This document shows positions 26,111-40,082 of a DNA stretch of 64,000 nucleotides, piece by piece (positions within the stretch are counted from its first letter, which is position 1; each line of letters begins with the position of its first letter). The DNA comes from Mobula hypostoma (Eukaryota). Both the position numbers and the translations under genes were made by a program. The DNA lies in the NCBI RefSeq assembly GCF_963921235.1, contig NC_086097.1, positions 210,058,001 through 210,122,000 of the forward strand, written 5' to 3'. Under the pieces are notes generated by a model that had not been told where the DNA came from, made no database searches, and was given only the letters and a program-made list of their open reading frames with translations.

Positions 26111-27321
26111 TGTTTAAAAAAACTATAAGTAATCATTTGATGGGCCTCTACTGAGTTGCTAACATTCAGGTCTTGGGTCAATATGACAGAATAAGGATCC
26201 AATTTAAAGTTAGCTAATGGTTAGAAAACAAAGAGTTCAAGCAAATAGCTAATACATAATTATTGGATTATGACGAGAGAAACATGTTGAAATCTGTTGC
26301 TGATGTAAGTGGGAGACCAGGTGAGGAAGACTGTGAGTGGCTTTGAGGAGAGGAAGAAAGCAGCCTGATAGAGGGCCAGTACCAGACACAGTTTAATGTG
26401 GATAAGTTTATACTGGTGATTCACAAATCAATTGTGGGGGGGAGGGCTGTTGCATTTCTAGAAAACAGTCCTTGTTGTGATTTTCTGTATTGCAAAGCTG
26501 TCATCTGCATGTGTATCAAGAAATGTGAAAAAAAAACCTTGTGTAGATCTATTTACTGTTATACCATACAAATTCCTTGAGAGAAATTTCATTTCTCAGC
26601 TTTTGGGTGGTGATTGATAAATTTTGTAAGGGTGAATTTCTGTAAACCACACGGCCATGACACAAAGTTGCCAGTACTGGTCTTTGGAACAACACACAAG
26701 AAATACCCAAAGAAGAATTCTGAACAATGTATAGTAGAACTGAAAATGTAGGATATGGATAAATAATTTTTTGAAAATTGGCATTTCAGTAAATAGAGCT
26801 GCAACAAGGTATTTGCAGCATTTTGAACATTTGAAGAATGAAAGAAGAGAAAATGAAATAAGGAATCACAACTGGAAATGTTGGTTTAGCTCCAGTTAGA
26901 CTGTGCAATTTTCCTGTTACATTATATAAAGATTTATCTGAATGACAATAAATACTATAAGGAGGGTCTCATCGCAACTATTTTTTCCAATTGTGATATG
27001 TTTGAATGAAAAGCAATTTCCTGGAACCTAGGTGATGGGAAATGTGGTAGTCATTTGTTTATAATTATCACATGTAAACCTTGAGCTCCCAGATTCTACC
27101 TCAACTCATATGAGGGCCATTTTCCATTCCATAAAAAATCTTGGTATTGTTTGGGAATTACTGTTTAATTTATTAATTCAATTCAAAATAATGCAGATAC
27201 ACAGTTTTGAGAGAAAACATCAATATTACTCCAGCGCCCCTCCCCCCCACCATCCATCCCCTAATTTGCTCTGACCGATATGCCTTAGCTCCATTTAATT
27301 TTACTTTACCTGATTTGCTTT

Positions 27322-28190
27322 TGTTACGTACCCCGTAACTGGGTTGCCAAACCAGCAGAAATGGATCACTCAGCTGGAGTCTGGATTACTAGAACTAAGA
27401 AAGTTTTATTAAAGAAACACGCAACACGGTACTCTAATCAAAAGGATAATAAATGCAACAGTTCAGCAATGATAAACACACATGTGCACAGAATTAAGAT
27501 AACAGGATCAATCAAGCTCTATCGTTGTCTAGGGGTAAATGACCAGTTTTGAAGTGACACAAAGTTCAGTTCAATTTAGTTCAGTTCGCAGTAATCGTTG
27601 CCATGGCGATGGACAGTGGGGGGGGAAGGAGAGAGAGCAAAATGAATGAATATTCAACACAGCTTCCACACACAGACCTTTGCAGTCAGCTTTCGTGCGA
27701 GCCCTTTGTGATGTCATCTGAGGTCACTGACGGTGACCCCTCCGTTTCCAGATACGATCGTTTCCCTGCGCTGAACCTGGCACCCAGGCAAGGGTGGACA
27801 CACACCAGGTTCCCGCCGATTGTGCCTTTCCACCCTGTGCGTTTATGGCTTGATCCCGCGATCAGCCGTCCAAAAGCTTCCCACTGACTTGTGAGAGGCG
27901 CACTGCTTCCAGGGTCTCGTTACCTCGGGTGTCGTGTGTGTCTTGCCTTAGCGAACCTGTCCCTTTTTATCCCCCTGCTGGGGTATCGCCTGTCCATCAC
28001 TTCAAACAGTTCAGGGTTCAAAGGGGGAGCCGCTCTAGACAGCTCTCTCTCCCATCCCTTCATTACACCTCTCCAGATGCTGCTCCATTGTTTTTCCTTA
28101 TCTCTCGCTCTCTCTCCTGAAGACAGGTGGCAGACCAACTGCTGATCACACAGGACAGCTAACATCTTATCTATGTGTATTCTTGTCACA
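27322..28190 (-). mobile_element. Solo LTR (Gypsy- or ERV-type), 869 bp
   Basis: TGTTAC...GTCACA termini; 4-bp TSD CTTT both sides; AATAAA on the minus strand near 27405; CpG-rich; no coding remnants. Confidence 0.82.
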
Positions 28191-28444
28191 CTTTTTTGCA
28201 TTTAATGGTATATTAATCAGAATTCATGTGATTTGATCCATCATTCTAAAGTTGTAAGCCTCACATTTGCTTCATCAGAGGCTCTTTGAAAGCACTGAAG
28301 TGGCTTTCTGTGATTCCCTTTTGTCTAAAGACTGTATCAAGCTGAAATATCAAATGATTCACTCAAAAATAAATTCCAGTTTTGGTAAGAAATTCCATGC
28401 TTCAAGTGGATAAAGAGAGGGAGTGTAACATCATTGGATACATA

Positions 28445-28616
28445 GGGTCTGTGAAGAGCCTCTTAAGTAGGTACAGGGCCCTTAGAAAAATAGAGGACTG
28501 TGTGCTAGGGAAATTCTAGGCAGTTTCTAGAGTAGGCTACATGGTTGGCCCAACATTGTGGGCCGAAGGACCTGTAATGTTCTGTAAATTTCTATATTCT
28601 ATATTTTATGTTCTAT
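28445..28616 (+). mobile_element. CR1 3' end fragment
   Basis: tgtgggccgaaggacctgtaatg...ctatattctat tail; related to 51240-51395. Confidence 0.7.
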
Positions 28617-28841
28617 CATTTGGAGAAATTTGATTGAATATTCATAAAGAATAGAAAACAAAAGAAAGAAAATTCAAGGACCAAACTCTTTGGTACAAGA
28701 AGATATCTGATTGTCTGCTCTTATTTATGATTCCTGGTGGACTTTGTGTTTCATCAGACAAGAATTGCAGAATGTAATCCAGTTCAGTGCAGTAAAATGT
28801 CACTTATATTTATACTGCCTTTCTATCTGCCTAACTTAGAT

Positions 28842-28997
28842 CATAGACCATAAAACATTGCAGCAGAATTCAGCCACTTGGCCCATCGAGTCTGCTCCAA
28901 CATTCCATCAAGGCAGATTCATTTTCCCTGTCAACCTTATTCTCCTGCCTTCTCCCCATAACCTTTGACACACTTACTACCAAGAACCTATCAATGC
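28842..28997 (-). mobile_element. CR1 3' end fragment
   Basis: gaccataaaacattgcagcagaatt...gagtctgctcc...caagaacctatcaat, as in 2607-2780. Confidence 0.75.
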
Positions 28998-30084
28998 TCC
29001 AATCATTTATTTCTTTTTCAATAGAAGTGATCAAAAGATACCAAAGATAATTTATTACAAACTTGTGTGTTGAAACACACTGTGAATATGATAAAACTGT
29101 GATAGGGACATTTGTCAATTGAATAAGGACATAATACAAATGGCCATGTAGTTTATCAGTATTGTTTGTGAGGTCTGGTGAATAAATTCCAGAGGCTGAT
29201 GTGAAAATAACTGCAAATACAGGCAGCACATCAAGACAATGGAAATAGTCTGTGCAGCTGACTAGGTGAAACATGGTTGTTAGTGAGATGTGCTGCTGAG
29301 GATTTACTGTGATACTGACATGTGACAACATTTCTATGCACAAATGAGAGCATGTGTCTCAGTTGTCATTGGAGTTTGAGCCGATTCAAGTCTTATTATT
29401 GATTAGAGAAAACAACTTATTGTGAGTTAGGAGGTAAATCAGGTGAGGAGTAGATATGGATTCAGATCGGGACCAAGTATATCACTGAAGTTGCAAACAG
29501 TAGACACAATGACGTTTTAGCAGTAATATGGATTTCTCTTCCTGAAGCTTCTAATTATTGATTCTAAGTATAAAATGCCTGTTTACCTTCAGAATTTATA
29601 TCGCATTTTGAGGCGGTTGATGGAAGACATCTTCCTGTATATGAAGAAAAGCTAGCTGTTTGCCTATTATGTTTTTGTTTGGTACTAGTGACTTTCACAG
29701 AACTTATAAAGATTAAATCAAGCAATATTTAGATACTCTATTCTTGTTTAGAGCAAAACTCCAAATCCATTGCTTCAAGTCCTATCCCAAGACCCTATTA
29801 CCAGTTCAGCGGTGGAATAGGACTATTGTACGGACAAACTTGTAAAGCCATGCTTCTTTTGCTTGATCCAGTAATGCAGGGTCAATATTAAAGATATCCA
29901 TGGCCTCGTAGAAAAAGATTAGACAATGAATACTGTGTCAATAAATCCCATCGATTAACTGGTCAGTTATCTTCAACATTTAATGGGATCTTCAGTGCAT
30001 ATTACCCATAGTTGTCCTCCTTTGATCTCACTTGGAAGGGGCAGAACAAATATTTTGAGAAATTAGGTGTATTTTGTATGTTGA

Positions 30085-30400
30085 AGCAACACATACCAAA
30101 TTCTGGAGGAACTCAGCAGGTCAGGGCAGTGAGCATATGTGGAAATGAGTAAGCAGTCAATGTTTTGGGCCTAGACCGTTCATCAGGACTGGAATGGAAG
30201 GGGAAAGATACCTGAATAAGGTGGGGGAGGGGAAGGAGGACAAGCTAAAAGGTGACAGGAGAAACCAAGTGGGTGATGGGGGGTGGGGGATGAAGTAAGA
30301 AACTGGGAGGTGATAAGTGGAAAAAGCAAAGGGCTGAGCAGGAGGAATCTGATAAGAGAGGAGAGTGGATCGTAAGAAAGAGGGAAGGAAGAGCACCAGG
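30085..30400 (-). mobile_element. Penelope-like 3'/terminal fragment with degenerate hammerhead
   Basis: Reverse complement resembles 44350-44625; minus strand AGTC-CTGATGA-acggtctaggccc-AAAACATTGACT. Confidence 0.8.
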
Positions 30401-30743
30401 GTTGCTTTGTATGTTAAAAATTGGCTTGTAGTTTGGGCAGAGTGATTTATTTAACTGGATTAATTTAACTTGAGCTGACACCAAAATGCCTCCAGTGTTT
30501 CTAGCATTAAAGTTCTTGTATATGGATGATAGCCAGTGAACATAAATTCAGACAATACTTTTTTGGGATTATTTTTATGCACTTATTTTTCTTCCACTTC
30601 CCAGTAATGCATAAAGAAGTGAAAACATTCTGGTTAAATTATTAGAGCTTCTGTGTAAAATATCCTTTTATAATATTTGATTTCAATCTGCTGATGGGCA
30701 GCCAATTTAAAAAGTACAAAAATGCTAAACACCAACTTTGTTT

Positions 30744-30947
30744 TAGAAACATAGAAACATAGAAAATAGGTGCAGGAGTAGGCCATTCGGCCCTTCGAGC
30801 CTGCACCGCCATTTATTATGATCATGGCTGATCATCCAACTCAGAACCCAGCCTTCCCTCCATACCCCCTGACCCCTGTAGCCACAAGGGCCATATCTAA
30901 CTTCCTTTTAAACATAGCTAATGAACTGGCCTCAACAGTTTGCTGTG
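30744..30947 (-). mobile_element. Severely 5'-truncated young CR1
   Basis: Near-identical to 24703-24915; (CATAGAAA)n tail. Confidence 0.93.
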
Positions 30948-32370
30948 GTTTTAATCTGAGATGTAAAATAGAACTAACAAGAATTGCTGGAAGACTTCCT
31001 CAGTCCTTCTAGTGAAGTCTCTGTAATGTTTAAGCATGATTGCAGTCCTTAACTTTAAACCAAAGCAGGAGAAGTGAAAGGATTAGATATTTTAGAAGTA
31101 TGGAAAACTGTGCAAATTTATATTTGTGCTTAAATTTTTCTTTCTCATTCCAGTGGGAATATGTTGTGGGATATCTGTTATCCTTTGACGTTAGTGAGTT
31201 TATCAGAGTCAGATTTTGAATGGTATAGGTAGCTTGAGATTTTTTAAAAAGTCCTGAAACAGTAATTATCAAAATACTATTAGAAGTTGATTACTCTCAA
31301 TGTGATCTCCACCAGTTCATAAAAAGACAAATTCCAATTTAATGTACTGTATGAAATCAAGTTATGGAGAGAACATGTTAAACTGAAAAAGGAGAATTCC
31401 TTTCTTTAGCTAAACATACTCTTAATTAAGGTTTCCTAAATGTATTCCCTACGTTAGTAAGTAATAAAATGGTTGATAAATAATCTGCAAATTATTATGT
31501 TGAAACTGAAAATAAATGCATGTTGTATATTTACACATTGCATATAAGAGTTGGCAGTTGTATTGTGGGGAGATTGTGGCAAATTTAGGAATTTTTCATG
31601 AATGAACCATGAAATAGAATATAATATTACTGCTGAGGAAATTGCTAATGGCAAATGGATTATATTAACATATCTATTTGATGGGGTATGAATTTACTTT
31701 AGCTGAGTTTTCTGCAGTAACAGTAGGCAGCAAATGCCATCACAGCTTGATTCATACTGAAGTAATTTCTGTATAGTGACCTGCTGTATTATTTGTATTT
31801 GAAATGTAGTAATAGTCAGGACTAATAACATGCACTTAATTCTCTTGTCCTTCCTTTCATGAGGACCCCAATAAGCATTGAAAATTATCTTCACTGAATA
31901 ACTTAGTCAGCTCAGATGTGCCCCACTCTTGTTAGATCCTCCACGTACGGCATCAGTCCATCAGCCTACATATCACCTTGCTACAGTGCGTACAATGTTG
32001 AAATTGGAGCCATGCTGTAGTGTAACAAAATTAAGAGCAAACTATTCTATTTCAGACCATGCTGTGATAAATGCCCTGTGATTGAACAGGTTTGGAAACT
32101 GAAGAGGTAAAGAGGTTCTTTACTAGGGAAGTAAAATTATCTGTAACAGCGTAGAGGGAAAGTCTTAAATATTAGTGCCTTAAGAGCTAACACTTCAGCA
32201 GGCAGTGATGGAGAAGTTAAAAGTGTCCATGCTTAAAAGCTTCACATTGACAGGAGAGGTGCAATTTTCGAGGCAATTATAGTTAGAGAAAGCTAGGCCT
32301 TAGAAGTGAAGTGTTGGAAAATAGTGAATATCTTCAGAATTAGAGGATTCTTTTAAATGCAAGTCAATGT

Positions 32371-35300
32371 AGACCATAAGACCATAAGACAAAGGAGCAG
32401 AAGTAGGCCAATTCGCCCATTGAGTCTGCTCCGCCATTTTACCATGAGCTGATCCATTTTATCCTATTTAGTCCCACTGCCCCACCTTCTCACCATAACC
32501 TTTGATGCCCTGGCTACTCAGATACCTATCAATCTCTGCCTTAAATATGCCCAATGACTTGGCCTCCACTGCTGCCCGTGGCAACAAATTCCATAGATTC
32601 ACCATCCTCTGACTAAAAAAATGTCTTCGCATTTCTGTTCTGAAAGGGCGCCCTTCAATCCTGAAGTCATGCCCTCTCATACTAGACTCCCCCATCATGG
32701 GAAACAACTTTGCCACATCCACTCTGTCCATGCCTTTTAACATTCGAAATGTTTCTATGAGGTCTCCCCTTATTCTTCTAAACTCCAAGGAATACAGTCC
32801 AAGAGTGGACAAACGTTCCTCATATGTTAACCCTCTCATTCCCAGAATCATTCTAGTGAATCTTCTCTGTACCCTCTCCAACGTCTGCACATCCTTTCTT
32901 AAATAAGGAGACCAAAACTGCCCACAGTACTCCAAGTGAGGTCTCACCAGCGCCTTATAAAGCCTCAACATCACATCCCTGCTCCTATACTCTATTCCTC
33001 TAGAAATGAATGCCAACATTGCATTCGCCTTCTTCACTACTGACTCAACCTGGAGGTTAACTTTAAGGGAATCCTGTACGAGGACTCCCAAGTCCCGTTG
33101 CATCTCAGAACCTTGAATTCTTTCCCCATTTAAATAATAGTCTGCCCATTTATTTTTTCTGCCAAAGTGCATAACCATACACTTTCCAACATTGTACTTC
33201 ATTTGCCACTTCTCTGCCCATTCTTCCAATCTATCCAAGTCTCTCTGCAGACTCTCTGTTTCCTCAGCACTACCAGCCCCTCCACCTATCTTCGTATCAT
33301 CAGCAAACTTAGCCACAAAGCCATCTATTCCATAATCCAGATCGTTGATGTACAATGTAAAAAGAAGCGGCCCCAACATTGATCCCTGTGGAACACCACT
33401 GGTAACCAGCAGCCAACCAGAATAGGATCCCTTTATTCCCACTCTCTGTTTCCTGCCAATCAGCCAATGCTCTATCCACGTATGTAACTTTCCTGTAATT
33501 CCATGGGCTCTTATCTTGTTAAGCAGCCTCATGTGTGGCACCTTGTCAAAGGCCTTCTGAAAATCCAAATATACAACATTCACTGCATCTCCCTTGTCTA
33601 GCCTACTGGTAATTTACTCAAAAAATTGTAATAGGTTTGTCAGGCAGGATTTTCCTTTAAGGAATCCATGCTGAGTTCTGCCTATCTTGTCATATGCCTC
33701 CAGGTACTCTGTAACCTCATCCTTGACAATCGACTCCAACAACTTCCCAACCACCGACGTCAAGCTAACAGGTCTATCATTTCCCTTTTGCTTTCTTGCC
33801 CCCTTCTTAAATAGCGGAGTGACATTTGCAATCTTCCAGTCTTCCGGAACCATGCCAGAATCTATCGACTTTTGAAAGATCATCGCTAATGCCTCCGCAA
33901 TCTCCACAGCTACTTCCTTCAGAACACAAGGGTGCATTCCATCTGGTCCAGGAGATTTATCGACCTTTAGCCTATTCAGCTTCCTGAGTACTTTCTCTGT
34001 CGTAATTGTGACTGCGCACACTTCTCTTCCCTGCCACCCTTGAGTGTCCGGTATGCTGCTGTCTTCCTCAGTGAAGACTGATGCAAAATACTTGTTCAGT
34101 TCCTCTGCCATCTCCTCATCTCCCATTACAATTTCTCCAGCATCATTTTCTATCGGTCCTATATCTACTCTCACCTGTCTTTTACTCTTTATATACTTGA
34201 AAAAGCTTTTAGTATCCTCTTTGATATTATTTGCTAGTTTCCTTTCATAGTTAATCTTTTCTCTCTTAATGACCTTCTTGGTTTCCTTTTGTAAGGTTTT
34301 AAAAACTTCCCAATCCTCTGTCTTCCCATTAATTTTTGCTTCCTTGTAGGCCCTCTGCTTTAACTTTGGCTTTGACTTCTCTTGTCAACAACGGTTGCAT
34401 CCTTTTTCCACTCGAAAATTTCTTCTTTTTTGGAATATACCTGTCTTGCACATTCCTCATTTCTCGCATAAACTCCAGCCACTGCTGCTCTGCCATCTTT
34501 CCCGCCAGTGTCTCTTTCCAGTCAACTTTGGCCAGTTCCTCTCTCATGCCACTGTAATTTCCTTTACTCCACTGAAACACCGACACATCAGATTTCGGCT
34601 TCTCTTTTTCTAATTTCACAGTGAACTCAATCATGTTATGATCACTGCCTCCTAAGGGTTCCTTCACCTCAATCTCTCCAATCACCTCCGGTTCATTACA
34701 CAATACCCAATCCAGTACAGCCGATCCCCTAGTGGGCTCAACAACAGACTGTTCTAAAAAGCCATCTCACAGACATTCTACAAATTCTCTCTCTTGAGAT
34801 CCAGTGCCGACCTGATTTTTCCAATCTACTCGCATGTTAAAATCCCCCACAATTATCATAACACTGCCCTTCTGACAAGCCTTTTCTATTTCCAATTGTA
34901 ATTTGTAGTCCACATCACTGCAACTGTTTGGAGGCCTGTATATAACTGCCATCAGGGTCCTTTTACCTCTGCAATTTCTTAGCTCAACCCATAAAGATTC
35001 TGCACCTTCCGATCCTATGTCACCTCTTTCTAATGATTTAATATCATTTCTTACCAATAAAGCCATGCCTCCCCCTCTGCCTACCTTCCTATCCTTCCGA
35101 AACACCGTGTATCCTTGGACGTTCAGCTCCCAGAGACATGCATCCTTTAGCCAGGTCTCAGTGATGGCCACAATATCATACCTGCCAATCTGTAGCTGTA
35201 CAACAAGATCATCCACCTTATTCCTTATGCTGCGTGCATTTAAGTACAACACCTTAAGTCCAGTATTTGATACTTTTTGCTTTGATTTCACTGCAATTTT

Positions 35301-35895
35301 ATTGCACTTCAACTCATCCCAATGGCTACGCATTTGCCCCATCACCTGCCTGTCTTTCCTGACATCTTTACTGCTCACTATCTTAGATTTATTTCTGTTT
35401 TCTCCTCCCTCCGCTCTATCATTCCAGTTCCCATCCCCCTGCCAAATTAGTTTAAACCCTCCCTAACAGCTCTATTAAACTTTCCCGCCAGGTTATTGGT
35501 CCCGTTCGGGTTCAGGTGTAACCTGTCCTTTTTGAACAGGTCATACTTTCCCCAGAAGAGATCCCAATGATCCAAGAATCTGAAGCCCTGCCCCCTACAC
35601 CAGTCTCTCAGCCAGGCATTCATCTGCCTGATCCGACTACTCTTGCCCTCGCTAGCACGTGGCACAGGTAGCAATCCCGAGATTACTACCCTGGAGGTCC
35701 TGCTTCTCAGCTTCCTTCCTAACTCCTGGAAATCTCTCTTCAGGACCTCCTCCCTTCTCCTATCTATGTCATTGGTACCAACATGTACCAAGACAACTGG
35801 CTGCTCACCCTCCCCCTTTAGAATATTCAGGACCCGATCCAAGACATCCCGTACCCTGGCACCTGGGAGGCAACACACCATGCGGGTATCTCTGT
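32371..35895 (-). mobile_element. Young CR1 LINE: partial ORF1 esterase plus almost intact ORF2
   Basis: Esterase HVGTND...DRLHLN (35447-35881); endonuclease YLNARS, AITETW, GDFN, SDH; RT LDFQKAFDKV, GVPQGS, FADDT; few disablements; (GACCATAA)n tail; atgtaga on both sides. Confidence 0.96.
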
Positions 35896-36293
35896 CATGT
35901 AGAGTATCAAGAAAAAAGCGATTAGTGAATAGAATTTAATGATATGCTAGATCATGGGTAGCAGGATTCTGTGTAACCTTAGATTAAGCAGACAGGACTT
36001 TGACGGAGACTAGGCAAAAGTTTATTGGAACAAATGCAAAGCCAGCAGAGGTTTGGATATTGGTTGTGACGGCTATGAAAATTGTCAGTCTACGTGAAGC
36101 AGTTAAACATAGTCTGAAGCTTTCTCAGTCAAGTTATGAACAGTCCAGCCCAGGCCCAGGCAGTTGCCAAGGAGGGCAATGGAGCTCAGGCTCGGAAATG
36201 GAATAAAAGAGTAATTGATGGAAATACTCAGTAAGTCAGGTAGTGCCTGCTGTCAAATTTAACTTTGGTTTTGTTATAACGTAGGAATGGTGT

Positions 36294-36390
36294 CTAAAGC
36301 CATTAATTTTTGTTTCTGCTACATAGTCATAGTCATAAAGTATGACTATAACTATGACTATGTAGCAGAAACAAAAATTAATGGCTTTAG
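36294..36390. repeat. Perfect 40-bp inverted repeat with 17-nt spacer
   Basis: 36294-36333 is the exact reverse complement of 36351-36390. Confidence 0.95.
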
Positions 36391-36864
36391 TCCCCCAATT
36401 ATTTATATTGTATATTCCTGTTTATTCAAGATTGGATATAAAATAGAGGGTCTGACAACTTGGCACAAGAAAAGAGGGTTGAGAGATTATGGTAAGTTAA
36501 CCATGGAAACCTAAGTTGGGTTTTCAGATGGCATTGCTCAAGAATAATTTTCAGGCAAAATTCAGATGTGGGTAAAATTCAGATGTTAATAATAAATCCT
36601 TGGGATGTCCCAGAATTAGTTCTGCTGGAGAGAAGCTATTATAAATTCTTTCCAAGATATTATAGGGATATGATTGATGGTTAAATTGATAGATATTCAG
36701 AAATTGTTAGATATTTGGCAACCTGCAACTGGGATCCCTGAAGTGTAGGTGCCCTTTCAGTTTAAGCACTACATAGAGGAAGGTGGAACTTAGTACTTCA
36801 GTACTTTGGCAAGAATCAATAACCAGGAAATAAAATTATGGAAGATAAGATACAAGCATAGACT

Positions 36865-39520
36865 TGGGTTAAGCAGCCTCATGCATAGCACCTTGTCAAA
36901 GGCCTTCTGAAAATCCAAGTACACAACATCAACCAATTTTCCTTTGTCTATCCTGCTTGTTATTCTTTCAAAGACTTGCAATAGATTTTTGAGGCAAGAT
37001 TTTGCCTTAAGAAAATCATACTGACCACGGCCTACTTTATCATGTGCCTTCAAATGCTCCAAAATTGCATGCTTAATTATCGACTCCAACATCTTCCCAA
37101 CCACTGAAGTTAGACTAAAAGACTAACTATAATTTCCTATCTTCCACCTGTCTCCCTTCTTGAAGAGTGGAGTGACATTTGCAATTTTCCAGTATTCAGG
37201 AACCATTCCAGAATCTAGTGATCTTGAAAGATCATTACTAATGCCTCCACAATCTCTTCAGCCACCTCTTTCAGAACCTTTCTGGTCCAGGTGACTTATC
37301 TACCTTCAGAACCTTCTCCCCAGTAATAGTAACTTCACACAATTCATGACGCTGACAACTGGAACTTCCACCATGCTACTACTGTTTTCTACAGTGAAAA
37401 CTGATGCCAAATACTTATTTAGTTCATCTGCCATTTCATTGTCCCCCATTACAACCCCTCCAGCATTGCTTTCCAGCGATCTGATATTCACTCTCGCCTC
37501 TCTTTTACACTTTATGTATCTGAAAAAATAATTCGGTATCCTCTTTAATATTTTTGGCAAGCTTACTTTAGTATTCCATCTTTACCTTCCTAATGACTTT
37601 TTCCATGTCTTCTGTTGGTATTTGAAAGCTTCCAGATCCTCTAATTTACCACTAATTTTTGCTGTATTATATATTCTCTCTTTGGCTTTTATGTTGCCTT
37701 CGACTTCTCTTGTTTGCCACGGTTATGTCATCTTGTCTTTAGGAATAAAAGCAAGATGACACAACCTCTTTGGGATGTATATATCCTGTGCCCCCCGAGT
37801 TACTTCCAGAAATTCCAGCCATTGCTGCTCTGCTATCATCCCTGCTAGTGTTCTTTTCCAATCAATTCTGGCCAACTCCTCTGTCATGCCTCTGTAATTC
37901 CCTTTACACCACTGTAATACTGTTACAGTTGTTTTTAGCTTCTCCTTCTTCAATTTCAGCATGAATTTGATCATATTATAATCACTTACCACTGAGAGTT
38001 CTTTTACCTTAAACTCTCTAATCAATTCTGGTTTATTGCACAACACCCATATCAGATTAGCTAATCCCCTGGTAGGTTCAACCCTAAGCTGCTCTAAGGA
38101 ACCATTTTATAGGCATTCTAGAAATTCCTTCTGTTGGACTTCATCACCTACCTCCATATGGAAAACCCCCATGACTATTGTCACATTGCCCTTTTGGCAT
38201 GCACACCTTCTCACCCTAGGTCATCTCTTTCTTGTGATTTAATTTAATTTTTTTACCAACAGAGCCTTGCCACCCTCCTGTCTTCCTGCCTATCTTTCGA
38301 TGCAATGTGTATCCTTGGACACTAAGCTCCCAACTATAATCTTCTTTCAGCCATGATTCAGTGAGTCTACAACATATACTTGCCAATGTGTAACTGTGCT
38401 ATGTTCATCTACCTTATTCCGTGAACTGTGCACATTCAAATATAACAACTTCAGTCCTGTATTCATCCTTGTCAATTTTGTCCACCTTTTACATTACAAC
38501 TCATCCTGTTGACTGCAATTTTGCCCTATCATCAGCTTCTCCTTGCTGGGAATCTCACTACACATTCCCTCTGTACGTAAACCAACTTCTGCATCTTCAG
38601 CACTATCACTCCAGTTCCCACCCACCTATCAAATTAGTTTAGACCAACTAAAACAACTCTAGCCAACCTGCCCACAAGGATATTGGTCCCCCTTGGGTTC
38701 AGGTGTAACCCATCCCTTTTGTACAGGTCATACCTTCCCAGAAGAGATCCCAATGATCCATATACCTGCACCCCTGCCCCCTACACCAGTTCCCAGCCAC
38801 ACATTCATCCTATTCTTACCCTCACTGGCACGTGGCACAGACAGCTATCCTGAGATTACTACTCTTGAGGTTCTGTTCCTCAGCTCCCTAAAATCTCTCT
38901 TCAGGACCTCCTCACCTTATCTATGTATATCATTGTTGTCAAAATGTACCAAGATTTCTGGCTGTTCACACTCACCCTTGAGAATGCCATGGACACGATC
39001 CGAGACATCCCTGATCCTGACACTAGGGAGGCAACATACTATCGGGTGTCTCTATTGTGCCCACAGAACCTCGTCCCTGTTCCTCTGAATAAAGAATCTC
39101 CTGTCAACACTGCAGGTCCTCTTCTCCTCTCTGCTCTTCTAAACCACAACACCAGACTCAGTGCCAGAGACCCGGTCACTGTGGCATCCCCCTTAATAGT
39201 ATGTAAAGTTATATAATTATTACTGAGGGGAACAGCCACAGGTGTACTCTGCACTGGCTGTGTATTTCCCCTCTTTCTCCTGACAGTCACCAGTTGCTTG
39301 TCTCTTGCATCCTGGGGGTAACTACCTCCCTGTAGCTCCTGCCGATCGCCTCCTCGTTCTCCTGTATGAGTCGAAGGTCATCGTGCTGCAGCTCCAGTTC
39401 ATGAATACGTTCTTTCAGGATCTGCAGCTCAGTGCACCTGGTGCAGGTGTATTTGCCAGAGGTCTCCCAGACTTCCCACATCCCACACGCAGTACAGAAC
39501 ACTGCTGCTCTATGTGTTGC
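36865..39520 (-). mobile_element. Degenerate CR1 LINE (ORF1 to mid-RT; 3' end missing)
   Basis: Zinc finger CTAC...CTRC (39287-39538); GDS esterase motif; endonuclease and RT fragments up to YLDFQKAFDKV. Confidence 0.9.
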
Positions 39521-39526
39521 ATTGTA

Positions 39527-39879
39527 TGATGTGGGCATTCATGACCTACGATCATGATTGTTCTTGGCAAAACTCTACCGAAGTGGTTTGTCATTGCCTT
39601 CTTCTGGGCAGTGTCTTACAAGGCAGGCGACCCCAGCCCCATAATCAATGCTTTTCAGAGATTGCCTGCCTGGAGCCAGTGGTTGCATAGACAGAAGCTG
39701 GGATATGCACCAGCTGCTCATTTGACCATCCACCACCTTCCCACCTCCATGGCTTCTCATGACCCTGATGCGGGGGGGGGGGAGGGGGTTGCTAAGGAAG
39801 TGCTACACCTTGCAGGCTACCAGAGGGAAGGAGCACCTTACACGTCTTTTGGTACAGACAACTCTTCACCCCGCCACCC
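39527..39879 (-). mobile_element. Short non-autonomous element with RTE/BovB-type tail motif
   Basis: Minus strand contains agaagaaggcaatgacaaaccacttc (BovB/Bov-A-like) and starts gggtggcggggtg. Confidence 0.6.
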
Positions 39880-40082
39880 AAAAGTTTTATGTAGCCTCTC
39901 AAAATAAAACATTCTTGTATAAAAAAATAGAAAACTGGCAGAATGATAACTGCATATGAATCTTATTGATCTCAGAGATGTCAAAAGCTTTGGAGACGTG
40001 TATTGATTGATTGATTCTTGGATTGAGCGTACCAGATTGTATGGCTAGCTCAGGAATATTCAGATAAGAAACCTTTGAGACT

